Shown here: piece by piece, positions 38,066 through 50,317 of the stretch
Numbering within the stretch: the stretch's first letter is position 1
Layout of the letters: each line of letters opens with the position of its first letter
Assembly: GCF_044704955.1 (NCBI RefSeq)
Contig: NC_091999.1
Coordinates: forward strand, 65,472,001 to 65,536,000
Direction of reading: 5' to 3'
DNA length: 64,000 nucleotides
Source of the DNA: Pristiophorus japonicus
Lineage: Eukaryota
Program-made: the position numbers and the translations under genes
Notes under the pieces: generated by a model
Told to the model about the DNA's origin: nothing
Databases searched by the model: none
The model's input: only the letters and a program-made list of their open reading frames with translations

Positions 38066-38535
38066 ACATTCCTTGAACAACACTGGAAAATTCACTCTCA
38101 GGTCTGTTAAAGTACTTATAATAGAGATTAAAGCTCCCTTTGCAAGGTACTAGCATGCGCTCTATGGTCAAGTATAGCAAGAGATTCCTTCTGTGCAAAG
38201 CCAATGCTACACTGCACTTTCAAACACTCCAGGTAAGGTTAAATACAGAGTAAATCTCCCTGTACACTTTCCCATCAAATACTCCCCGGGCCGTTACTGC
38301 ACGGGATAAATGCAGAGCATAGCTCCCTGCAGGCTGTCCCATTGAACTTCCCAGGGCAAGTACAAGACGCGTCAAATACATTGTAAATTCTCCCTCTATA
38401 CTGTCCCAACAAAGGCTCACGTGACAGTTACATCACGGGTTAAATATACAAGCCCCCTCTACATTGCACATCGAACAACACCAAAGGCAGGTACGGCACG
38501 GGTTAGAATCCGATTAAAGCTCCATCTGTCAAAGT
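38066..38535. repeat. About 67-bp degenerate tandem repeat
   Basis: Unit acactcccagggcaggtacagcacgggttagatacagagtaaagctccctctacactgtcccatcaa; same family as 54081-54520. Confidence 0.75.
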
Positions 38536-39986
38536 GTTTCGGACTGTTTATTCTGAATATCACAAACTTGGTTCACTGAACCCATTCCCGAGTCGCACCC
38601 TCAAACTTAAATTCAAACTTTCGCAATATTCACAGATAAAATCTTCTGAAATAAGTAAACGAATTGGACTCCATGAAACACCCGAGGCAAGATTACAACC
38701 CGTTAAGAGGACTCCTGATTCTCACACAGAAAGATAGGCGCACAAAAACAGAGCAGGCACAACCGGTGCAACAATCGTGTGCTCAGCAGATAGATCGGTT
38801 CACTCTGTCAAGTTTATCAAACTGATTTCTAATTGATCTCTTCTCAATTTCCGACTATCTTAGGTCTGCACGTGCTTTGAAATTAAACTTTTATTAATTT
38901 GGAAAAACTCGCTTCGACTTCCAGTTATTTCTCACTCCCTGTCTATAACATTACAAACCGTGGAAGATTTAGTTTCCAAGAAAAACAAATTATATCAGAT
39001 TTTCTCAAATCGGGAGACATTTTCACTTAAAACCGATTACCCACAGGTTTACTATAAGTTCATAACTAAATATAACCTGTAAAATCATCGATGCGTCAAT
39101 CATTAAAACCGATGGAGACAAGTTATCGACCTGAGCACGACTGAATAAGACAGAGTAAGACATGAATTGTTTACTGAATGCATTTTAGATATAATTTAGC
39201 ATTCTCTCCAACCCTTGAAATTTTGCAGTAACTGTAATCCTGTCCAGTTTGCAACGCAATTGTGAAAGGTTGTCTATGTTTAATAAATTTGCACTGATAT
39301 TATATTTTAAGATAACATTGAAGTTAGCTGATGTTATACAGAATTATAATAAAATGAGTTTTTATTCATTTTAATACTGTTTCTAACTGTTAACTTGCGA
39401 ACAATTACGGTTTCAGTTATATGAACATGGCACTTATCAATATTAAAATATTATTAATCATATTAATAGAAACAGACATTCAGACAAATATATTATTTTT
39501 TATTAAATTACAATGAAAACGTTAAAACGGTCACTAATTGCAACACATTCCCGCCCTCGATATGCACACTTCTAATCTGCATGTTACTGAACTTTCTGAT
39601 AGAACATAAACTCGATATTTTCTCAGACTGCATTACACATGATGGATTTAGGAGTGGACTATTTTAAATAGTTCAAATTCTGGCCCTGGTTAGAACTCAC
39701 TAGCTACCGATGGGCTGTAATGTCGTGTGTTTACTCAATCAGGGCCCTCCAGTTTAAACATTATTCTCAATCATAAATATAAAATAATGTTTTATGAAGT
39801 AAACACAACACGCAGTCAGTAAAGGGCCCCGGCTGTTTAATAACACAGTCAATCTTTTTATATTATACTCCCGTAATTAACACAATATGTGTAAATTAAT
39901 TATTAAATATATTCTGCTATTTATTGAAACTACGTTCGAGAATGATAAATATAAATCTGGCGGGGAACAAATCATTCAGACCATCT

Positions 39987-40426
39987 GCGACACTGAAATG
40001 CAATGAGCAAATGGAGGAGAGATTTTGTTGATAAATTTAACATGAATGAAAATTAAATATAACTCTCAGTAATAATCTGTTCACTGTCTATAATTCTATC
40101 CCATGTGCAGCACAGTTATTTGGGAGACAGGATGTTGTTATTCAATTCAAAAATAACAATGACCTTTTGTAATTAATTAAATCTGCTTGAATTTCAATGG
40201 CTAATGTGCCTGTCTCCAGCCTTACGCAATTTAAATACAATCATATGAACCATGCTTTGACTGCCAGCGACACAGTAATGCAATGAATAAGTGGAGGAGA
40301 GATTGTATTGATCAATTTATCATGATTGAGAATTAAATATATCTACCAATTGGAATCTGTTCACTGTCTATAATTCTATCCCGTGTGCAGCACAGCTATG
40401 GGGGACAGGATGTTGTTATTCAATTC
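39987..40426. repeat. About 160-bp direct duplication (39987-40148 and 40267-40426)
   Basis: Both copies run gcgacac...tggaggagagatt...aatctgttcactgtctataattctatccc.tgtgcagcacag...gacaggatgttgttattcaattc. Confidence 0.9.
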
Positions 40427-41974
40427 TTGATCTTACGAACGATTTCAGGTTAGTTTAATGCTAATTTGCTCGCTATCAAACAACAAATAATATGGACGAA
40501 ATTACATGGTTTCGGCTGAACAGTAAGAATTATTAACCCGATAGATCTATGATATTTACAAACTGCAATTTATAACTCACATGCAATTGAAAATCTGCGT
40601 AAAGCAGGGAGATAACAATATATTTTAAACATTTATATTGTTATCTCATTAAACTGTGGTGAAATCAGTCCGCCATTAATAAAATAATTTGGAACGTAAT
40701 CAGAAATTGTTTCCATGCTCTTATTTTTTCCGCTGACGTTACCTTTCACCAGTGCATAGCAGAATTGTGGAAGTCGAATCATGTTTAATGCATTAATATT
40801 AATGCTGTACTATCTTTAGTGATACAGGGCAATATTACTGCATTATAATAGTTTCAGTGATATTAATTCAACTCTCTTAAACCTGCACATTTTTAGTTGA
40901 ATAGTTCGTTTTTACAGTAACATTTCACGTATGTGTGCACCTTAAACCATAGATTAATAGTTGAATCTGTAGTTGTTACTTAAATAAACAGATGGAGTCA
41001 ATTATTTGATTTATAAAACCTACTTGTTGTCTGCCTACAATAAACTTTCAACGGATCATAAACACCTGTAGCAGTTCGATGTCACTGAGATTAAACATTG
41101 CACAAAAGCCAAACAGTTTCACAAAGTTTATTATTCCAATTCATCCAACCACACACTCTGCGAAGCAGATAAATAGCAAATCCCAGCACTGAGGGGCTGA
41201 ATCCCGCAACTGGAAGGTTTGTGAAAATGAAGCTTAATTCTATAAACCCTTTCAGGATAATCAGATGTATTTTCTCCCAAAAAGAACTCACTATAGAATC
41301 CACTGATTCCATCTATCACCGAACAAATTAATTATTGAATTGAGCAGATATAAATAATAATCACAGCAGATTTGTGAATAGAAGGATCATGCTTATTAAA
41401 GCTGCTTCAAGCTACAAAATTGTTAATCAAGTGGTTATTAATTGCAGTAAGATTTCACATTTTAAATACGACCGATAGTTAACATTACATTATTAGATGA
41501 CAATGGTAAATATCTGAAATAAAAGATGGTTAAAATATCTGAAGATTATTTTTGACTGCTAAAGATATCTGGGTTGTGCCTAAAATCTCATTTCAGACAT
41601 ATTGAAGCATAATATTTATATTTGGACAGAAAAACGGAACTCATTAGATGACACCAAGAGTAAACATTGTTGAAACACCAATCCATTTAACAACCATTGG
41701 GCATTAAAAGTAACCCAGGTGCACATTCCGATCAACAGATAAACACCAAATCACATCAATCAGGGGTTCAATCGCTCACCATCATTTTCTGTGGAGAAGC
41801 AGTTTAGTTCCATAAACGTTTTGCAGCAGAATCACATGAAACATTGAAGAAAATCTCAATACAGAACACAGCGAAACCAAGTTTCATTGAATGAATGAAT
41901 TATTGAAATAAACAGCAATATAAAAGAAAGACTTAAATCCAACAGTTACCCAATGAGTGTATATTTTTTTTTAC

Positions 41975-42334
41975 ATGCAGTTACTGTCACTATGGTCCCC
42001 TGTCCCCACTCCGCGAGAGAGTACCAGCCAATGTCGCTTCCACAGTAATAGATGCCGGTTTCTTCGGTCCTCAGATTCTTCATATCCAACATGAAGATAC
42101 TATTTGAAAGGTCTTTCGATGCACATCGGCTCGCAATCTCTGGGGCATAATAATTCCTCGATGGACTGTCGTAGTAAACGAGCCACTTCAGCCCCTGTCC
42201 GGGAACCTGGCGGACACAGCTCTTCCAGTCGCTGCTAAGACTGAGCCCGCTGGATTTACAGTTCAAAATCAGAGTGCCTCCGGGAATCGTGGTCTCTGCC
42301 TCGGGCTGAATCATCACCACATCCGACTGAACAC
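41975..42334 (-). pseudogene. IGHV: Germline-joined IgM VH-D-JH exon, open frame
   Basis: Acceptor ttttcacag|GT; [29 protein letters not shown]...[15 protein letters not shown]...[26 protein letters not shown], donor T|gtaaaa; 360 nt, phase 1-1; no RSS between V and J; conserved FR2 Trp replaced by Cys. Confidence 0.95.
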
Positions 42335-42461
42335 CTGTGAAAATAAAACAAATACCCCGAGGATTAATCCTGGAGAAATGATTCCTGACGCTGTAACATT
42401 GCAGAGAGAGGCAAAGACAGAGACAGAAACATTGAGAGACTGGAGAAAAAAAACTACTCAC

Positions 42462-42507
42462 GAGTTAAAAAAAACATCAAAAGAGTAAGAAAAATCGCCG
42501 ACCTCAT
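42462..42507 (-). pseudogene. IGHV: IgH leader exon
   Basis: ATG at 42507, [15 protein letters not shown] + C|gtgagt; 127-nt intron; splices in frame to the V exon (…FLT-R-VQS-DVV). Confidence 0.92.
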
Positions 42508-42599
42508 CCTCCTGGTAAAGTGTGGTGAACAGTTCAGGCAAGAACTCACTGAGGAAACCCACTCCCGGACTGTTGTATTGCAGTCCCCGTGATTGGCAG

Positions 42600-42690
42600 T
42601 TAAATACCCGGGAGATGAGGGCGATGCTACAACTGCCACCTTGTGATTCCCTGATAGAGGCGGTTTCTGAATCCACATCACACCTTCCAC
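42600..42690 (-). promoter_or_regulatory. Putative VH promoter
   Basis: TATTTAA at 42600-42606, about 95 bp upstream of the ATG; E-box caactg at 42630; GTGATGT (CRE/decamer-like) near 42675; no octamer seen, consistent with shark VH promoters. Confidence 0.45.
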
Positions 42691-44295
42691 ATCACCAACA
42701 GAATGGACACGGAGCTATTATTAATGGTGGAGTGTGTATCTCTCTCCAGGGAGAGTCATTTCGCGGTATGGTTTCAATGCAATATGTTATTTGGTAATAA
42801 GTGGTAACATTACATTTGATAAATTGTTACGCATTACTTCTTGGACTGAAATCACTTTATTTTCGCACTCCCTTATAGTGGATGTCAACATCGAAGTTGT
42901 AATTACATTATCAGGGTCGAAGGACACTGCCAGCATGTGTTGCTCCATCTCACGGTACATATACCCTCACGCTGTACAAATAAATTATCCCCTATAATAT
43001 GAATTCCTTTTTCTTTATAACTGAATGCGGGAGATGGCTGAAGTGGATCAACATAGCTGTACAATTTGGGTCGAGAGATGAATACAAACCTCTCAAATGA
43101 AACATGTGTCTCTCATTGCTTTTCTCTAATCGCCCCTGAGTCTGGGACCCTAAGACAGTCCTTTATAAAATTAGTTGTTAAATAAGTCCGCTTGCCTTTA
43201 AATTAAGCAGCGAGTTCTGGAGAAACATAAGAAGGTGGGACCCGCCCGCTTCAGTTCAGCATTTTAGGAGAGAAGCTGGTGAATCAGATCTAATAATGCG
43301 ATCAGAAAACCCCAGCATCCAAATCCTTGCAACGAAATTTAATAGCAGCCGAATGTGTAACATACATGGGTATCAGGAACCCAGTGCGGCAGGACATAGA
43401 AGTATGTTACAGAATATCACAGAAATAAATGCTTCAGCTCCCGCTCAAACATTTCTCTACCCATTGGTAGCCGGGCTGAGAGGGGTGTTCAGATCCAAAT
43501 AAGCCAATATTACATTGCACAGAGCGCAGCTGCTAAACAGTAATAAGGGAGATTTTAGTTTAATCAGGAGCAGAATTATGTGAGAATATTCAACGAAGGT
43601 CAGTGGGTTCGAGGAAATGCCACCTCTGTTTTATTTAGTTTGCGATTCCGACTCATCTCATTACAGTGTGGGGTGGGATCATTAAACCACTCTGCAGAAC
43701 ATTATGCTGTAATGAATAAAGGGAATGGATGATCTAGAAATGTCTTCATTTTGAAATAGTTTTAATTAAACACCATATGAATCAATTGATTGTTTTCTGC
43801 TTAAATGTTATAATGTTATGCGCATGGGCTTTAACGAAATTCATTCATTTGAAGTTAAACCACGTAAAATGCATATTTTTTGTAGGACAGCTACTTAATA
43901 TTTTAATGCTCAAAAAGTTAAATCCCATCTTTCTCCCATTCTTGTTCACACTAATCTGACCCACACAGTTTTTGGCAGCAAAGCAGGCGCATGCCGTCAG
44001 CAAGGCTCCAACACCCAATGTAATTTACAGGAAGCATCTGGGGTTCTGTGCAGTACATCAATGATCTGTTTCCTCACTACTGACCGCTTGACTGAAAGCC
44101 AACTTCAAACCCTTTACATTGTGAATGAGGCCTATTTAGTTACAAATCTATCCAGCAACAGTACTTGAGTTAAGTTTATTTTTTTATTTGTGTACATGCC
44201 TGTAACTGTTCTCATCTCACAGGAAAGGAAATATATCCAACGTCTGAGACATCATGTCAATACCAGCAATCAGTTGGATCACATTACAATACTGC

Positions 44296-44878
44296 NNNNN
44301 NNNNNNNNNNNNNNNNNNNNNNNNNNNNNNNNNNNNNNNNNNNNNNNNNNNNNNNNNNNNNNNNNNNNNNNNNNNNNNNNNNNNNNNNNNNNNNNNNNNN
44401 NNNNNNNNNNNNNNNNNNNNNNNNNNNNNNNNNNNNNNNNNNNNNNNNNNNNNNNNNNNNNNNNNNNNNNNNNNNNNNNNNNNNNNNNNNNNNNNNNNNN
44501 NNNNNNNNNNNNNNNNNNNNNNNNNNNNNNNNNNNNNNNNNNNNNNNNNNNNNNNNNNNNNNNNNNNNNNNNNNNNNNNNNNNNNNNNNNNNNNNNNNNN
44601 NNNNNNNNNNNNNNNNNNNNNNNNNNNNNNNNNNNNNNNNNNNNNNNNNNNNNNNNNNNNNNNNNNNNNNNNNNNNNNNNNNNNNNNNNNNNNNNNNNNN
44701 NNNNNNNNNNNNNNNNNNNNNNNNNNNNNNNNNNNNNNNNNNNNNNNNNNNNNNNNNNNNNNNNNNNNNNNNNNNNNNNNNNNNNNNNNNNNNNNNNNNN
44801 NNNNNNNNNNNNNNNNNNNNNNNNNNNNNNNNNNNNNNNNNNNNNNNNNNNNNNNNNNNNNNNNNNNNNNNNNNNNNN
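44296..44878. other. Assembly gap (583 N)
   Basis: Run of N. Confidence 1.
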
Positions 44879-45239
44879 GATATATTCTGAAATAAATAAG
44901 TATGCATATTTGCGAAGATGGATAGGTGGATGCAGCAGCTCAGGTATGATGGATAGTTCTATGCCCGAATATGTTTTTTTGAATGGATTAATCGATGCAT
45001 AAATGGATGAATGGACGGGGCCTAAAAAGTGTTTTATAAATGGTTCGCCCTAATTCATTGCGTTTGTACTCTACGCCTCCATTTATAAAGGCTACAATCC
45101 AATATTCTTGGTTAAAAGCCTTATGAACTTGTCCTGCCACATGTCAATGGACTCCACTATGTCCCTCTGTTCCTGCAAACCATTACAATTGTACATTTCC
45201 AGGGACGATGCAATACAAATATATATCTGATCTGTGCAA

Positions 45240-45500
45240 ATTAACAGTCAAGGCCTTGTGTCATATAAACAGCAGCATTGTGCAGTGCATTAATAACAGA
45301 GATTTCGCCCAGAGAAATGTAAACAGTGATATGGACGCGTGCAGTAATAACTTAGAAAGTGTCTATTGTAATATAAAGAGAGTAAAGGTCTAGTCTAGTA
45401 TAAACAGCGACAGGGTCTCGTGTTATTTAAACAGGGAACGGGTTTACTCCATTAATAACTGAGGCAGGATTTAGTGTAATATAAATAGAGACATAGCAGC
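45240..45500 (-). repeat. 27-bp satellite, reverse orientation, degenerate
   Basis: tagtgtaatataaacagagacagggtc-like units. Confidence 0.7.
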
Positions 45501-47590
45501 ACTGGAGAGTTTGCAGAAAATATTAACAATGATGGTACCAGTAAGTCGCGGTTATACCTCTCACGAAAGGATGTAAAGGCTGGCTGTCTTTTCTCTTGAC
45601 AAGGGAAGGCTTGGAGGTGATTTAATAGCGGTCTTTAAAATTATGAAAGGTTTTGATAGAATGGTTGCAGAGATTATGTTTCCTCTTGTGGGGAAGAGCA
45701 AAAGTAGAGGCCATCAATAAAAGAGCGTCGCCAATAAATCTTACGTGGAATTTAGAAGAAGTCCATTCATCCCATTGAGCCCGTGTGACTCTCAGCTAGT
45801 CCCACACCCGAGGCCGCTCCTTGTAGCCTTTCACGGTTTTACTTCAGATACTTATACAATTCTATTTGAAAGATAATGTTCAGCTTTTCAGGCAGCGCAT
45901 ACCAGATGAGCACTCACTGCATGAAAACGTTTTTTCCTATGTCGTCTTTTGTTCTTTTGCCAATAACATTAAATTTGTGTCCTCTTGTTCTGGACGCTTC
46001 GAACAATGGGAACAGTTTCCTGTAATTTACTCTGTGCTAAACCCTCAATCAGTGGTGAGAACTCGCTAGCATGGAGAGCGATTTACATTGAAGGGAGGTT
46101 AGCTAAGCATATGTGGATTAAAGGGAATAGAGGGTTATGCTGATAGATTTAAATAAGGAAAGGTGGGAGGAAGCTCGAGTGGAGCCTAAACGCCGGTATT
46201 TACTGTGGACCCGAATGACCCTTTTCTATGCTGTTTATTCTACGTAATTCTACATAATATCGATGTAATATTCCCTCTGGTTTTTAGCAATTCATGGTGA
46301 ATATCTGAACAGAGGTTAATGATTCGTATTCCACTGGAAATTGTATAACATTATATAATCTATCAAAATACTTCATTATCTTGATCATCTGTATCACATC
46401 TCCCATTAAACTTCTATGAACTTTCTGATTTACTATAAATCTTTTTCTATCCCATTGCAGCCAATTTATGTCCTCCTCACTGTTTGCTTTCCAACCGATC
46501 ATCGTATTTTCAGCAAACTTAGATGAATTAAACAAGGTACCCTCATAATTTTAGTTACTTGTAGAAGCTCTTATTCTTTTGCTAGTTTATTGTCATGTTG
46601 TATTTTCGCTCACTTTATCAATTGCCTGGTCATCTTTTGCTGAATTCTAAAATCCTCTCAATCGCATGGCTTACTACATTTTTTGGCAACATTCTGAACC
46701 TGTTCGTTAATCTAATATAATATTTAATGTTCCCTGTGAGCCACGGTTGGACCATTTTTCCTGTGGGGTTTTTATTCCTTCAGGAAATGTATCTAAACTG
46801 ACGACTCTGTAAGATGAGCTGAAGGTGAATTTTTAACAGTAATGTTTGTCATTTATCCTTGAATTCGTCCTGAACTCTTGGCCCTCAGTTGGTTCGCTCT
46901 CGAAAACTCCTCTAGGTGAACTTCACTAACTTCATGCAAGTTATTTATTTGGAATTATCAATCATGTTTAAAATCAACTATGGCGCCTGTAATAGATGTT
47001 GTTCATCAGCAGGTGGTGACAATGAACTTATTTAATCATGAGTCATGATTATTGATGATATGGCCGAAATTGCTGAGCAGATCAGCAACTGCCTGCACTG
47101 TCAGAACAAGTAAGATCATTTGATCAATATTAATAACATTCGCACTACTGCGCAGGCAGTCCAATTTTAAGAGATCATTTATTCTCAGCAGCAATCTGAA
47201 AAAGAAATAAAGATTGGATATATTTCAATTCAAACCTTAGGAAAGATGTCAACGCTTTGGAGAGGGTGGAAAGGAGATTGACACGATGGAGAAGGAACAT
47301 CCATTATGTGCATTGTTCTTATACCAGAGAAATTTATGGGGAGAATTAATAGAGGTGTTAAAATTATGAAGAAGTTAGATAGCATTGAAAAATGATATGG
47401 ATTCCACCGGCAGGTGTGTCGGTATCCCAAGGACACAGATTTAATACAATTCACAAAATAAGTCCAGAGGGAAGATAAGGAGATTTTTTTTAATAGCGTG
47501 TTGCAATAATCTGGAATGTATTGGCTGAAAGGGTGGTGGAATCAATTTCAATAAAAACTTTCAAAGAGGGACATGGATATATATTGGAAA
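45500..47590. mobile_element. Patchwork of short CR1 fragments on both strands
   Basis: Decayed LFSL..RRLRGD/FKIMKG coding at about 45500-45760 and 47210-47590 (+); KFAENTMIG in ORF 46284-46535 (-). Confidence 0.65.
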
Positions 47591-47602
47591 TCTAAAGATG
47601 GT

Positions 47603-47976
47603 CAAGTGAAATATAAACAGAGACAGGGTCTAATGTCATGAAAGTGAGACAGGATCTAGTGCAGTAAATACTGAGACAGGTCTAGTATAATATAAGCACT
47701 GATAGGACCTATTGTAATATAAAAAGAAACAGGGTCCGAGCTAATGTGAAGAGAGACAGGATCTAGTGCAGTAATAAGTGAGACAGGGTCTAGTGTAATA
47801 TAAACAGAGACAGGGCCTACTGTAATAAAAAGAGAGAAAGGGTCTACTGTAATATAAGTAGAGGCAGGGTCAAGTGTAATACAAACACGGACAAGATCTT
47901 GTTTAATATAAACAGGGACAGGGCCTGGTTTAATTTAAATAGAGACAGGGTCTAGTGCAGTAATAACTGAGACGGG
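47603..47976 (-). repeat. 27-bp satellite array, reverse orientation
   Basis: Units tagtgtaatataaacagagacagggtc and tagtgcagtaataactgagacagggtc. Confidence 0.9.
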
Positions 47977-48377
47977 GCACTAGAAAATTTGAAAATAAAC
48001 CTAAGGGTGAACACTTTGACACAAGCAGCCTGAACATTAAATACCACTCCAGAAGCGGCGGGACACCTGCAGCTGACGCTGTTGTCGCTTGACGATGCTG
48101 CTGGGGTCAAAACCGAAATTTGGATCCGGGGCGCTACCGGGTCGTTACACAGCTAGATGATGTCACGATGTTGGGGAGCGGTAGATCGTGGTGCTCGAGG
48201 CTGCCACGGATGGAAAACTCAATGACAATTTTGTGGGCATCGTTACTCTCGCCGTAACCGGTCATCAAGCTGATAGTGTCCCGTTACTATTCTCCCCCCC
48301 CCCCCAGCCAGATGTGCCAACGGGAGGGGCAACTGAGGCCAATTTCTCCCCCGTTATCTTACATTAGTATCTGCATC

Positions 48378-50302
48378 ATTTATACTGCATTAGATCCTGT
48401 CTCTGTTTACATTATATTGGACACTGTCTCAGTTATGACTGCACTAGAATCTATATTCAGTGCCACAGACCCTGTCTCTGGTTATATTACACTCAAACCT
48501 GACTCGGCTTTACTGCAATAGAACCTGCCTCAATTTATATTACACTCAGAGCTGTTTCTTTCAAGATGACGTTAGCTCCTGCCCTAGTTCTTATTGCGTT
48601 AGATCATGTATCTCTTTATATTACACGAGACCCTCTCTGTTTATATTACACTACAACCTGTCTCTGTTTATATTACACTAGACCCTCTCTGTTTATATTA
48701 CACTACAACCTGTCTCTGTTTATATTACACTAGACCCTCTCTGTTTATATTACACTACAACCTGTCTCTGTTTATATTACACTGGACCATGAATCTGTTT
48801 GTATTACATTAGACCCTGTCTCTGTTTATATTACACCAGATCATGTAAATGTTCTGCATCACACTAGACACTGACTCTATTTATTTTACACTAGTCCCTG
48901 TCTCTCTTTTTACTGCACTAGAAAGTGTTTCTTTTTACATGACATTATACATTATCACACTTTTTACTGCACTAAACCTGGTCTGTATCTTTATTACACT
49001 AGGCCCCGTCTCACTTATTACTGCATTAGGCTATGTATCTGTTTATATTAAACTAGAACATGTCTCTGCATATATTGATCAACACCCTGTCGTTGATTAT
49101 ATTACACAAGGCCCTGTCTCTGTTTATATTACACTAGATCCTGTCTCACTTATTACTGCACTGGGCATTGCCCCAGAAATCGCGGCCTACCCTGTCCATA
49201 CGCAGTTTCTACAGACCTGGGAAGACATCGTTAATGTCGGTTTTCAGTGCACAATATGGAAGCGCTGAAAACCAGCTTTTCCGATCTTTCAAGCTGGAGC
49301 TTGAGAGATGATCCACACGTCGGGAGCGAAGACATATGCTTGGGCAAGATTGTGACATTTATCCGTATCTTTCCCAGAAAATGTTCTCAAAATTCTTGCA
49401 CCTGAAAAAACAGGCACACAGCCTTCTTTTACAGGCGCAGGTGCTTAGAAACATGCACAACTATCATAGAATTAAATGAAATAAACACATTTTATTGTTA
49501 GAATCTGTGCCCACTAAGGTAAGATTATTTTTCACCCAAATTACAAAACTGTTTAAAAAATTGGAAAAATTAATATGAGTTAAGTGAGGTCTTTTTTTTA
49601 TTTTTTGTTAGTGCGTTTGTTTTTTTTTGCAAGGAGAACGCGTAACCATGGAGTTCTCATTGCTATTAGTGGGAAAACTCTCGAATACAGTACCTGATTA
49701 GCTGAGTAGTCATACGTGATTGCATTTTCTGCGTGGGAACCCTCCGGACGGGAGCGTGCTGCACAGCGTGGGAAGAAAAGGCCTCACCAACGGAATCACA
49801 GGCTCCTCCAGGACCTGCAGGTAATTTTGTAGAACTGTTTCTAGGCTGAGGCAACTACCCGCGGGAAGCCTCCAACCGCAATTTGCGGGCTACTGTGTCT
49901 GTTCATATTTAACAAGAACCGCCACTGTTATTACTAAACGAAACCCTGTCTCTGTTTATAATGCACTAGACCATTTCCATGCTTGGATTACACGAGGTGT
50001 CGTGTTTGATTATATTGCACTAAGCCCTGTCTCTGTTCATATTATGCTAGGCCGAGTCTGAGTTTATATTATGCGAAACCTTGTCTCAGTTGTTACTACA
50101 CTCGACCCTGTATCTGCTTATATGACACTAAGCCCTGTCTCCATTTAACTTACACTAGGCTCTGCCACAGTTATTATTGCGCTCTATCCTGTCTCTGTTC
50201 ACAATACACTAGAATCTGCCTCAGCTATTATTGCACTATGCTCTGTCTCTGTTTACGTTGCACTCAGCCCTGTCGCAGTTATTACAACACTAGGTACTCT
50301 GT
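48378..50302 (+). repeat. 27-bp satellite array, forward orientation, interrupted by a MITE
   Basis: Units gaccctgtctctgtttatattacacta and gaccctgtctcagttattactgcacta; near-perfect dimer run at about 48629-48785. Confidence 0.92.
49170..49890. mobile_element. Putative non-autonomous DNA transposon (MITE-like)
   Basis: Imperfect terminal inverted repeats gccccagaaatcgcgg ... ccgcaatttgcgggc; satellite resumes on both sides. Confidence 0.5.
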
Positions 50303-50317
50303 TATGTTACATTAACA

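Noticed and set aside
41975-42507. Processed (retrotransposed) Ig mRNA as the origin of the joined VDJ
   Set aside because: The leader intron, J-CH1 intron and inter-C introns are all retained.
29592-42507. IgNAR, IgW or nurse-shark-type IgM1gj identity
   Set aside because: The V has a full FR2/CDR2 (not NAR); the C exons carry Cmu1-3 signatures; CH2 is present, whereas IgM1gj lacks it.
44190-45002. Long ORFs spanning the N runs (also 52337-52626)
   Set aside because: Artefacts of assembly gaps.
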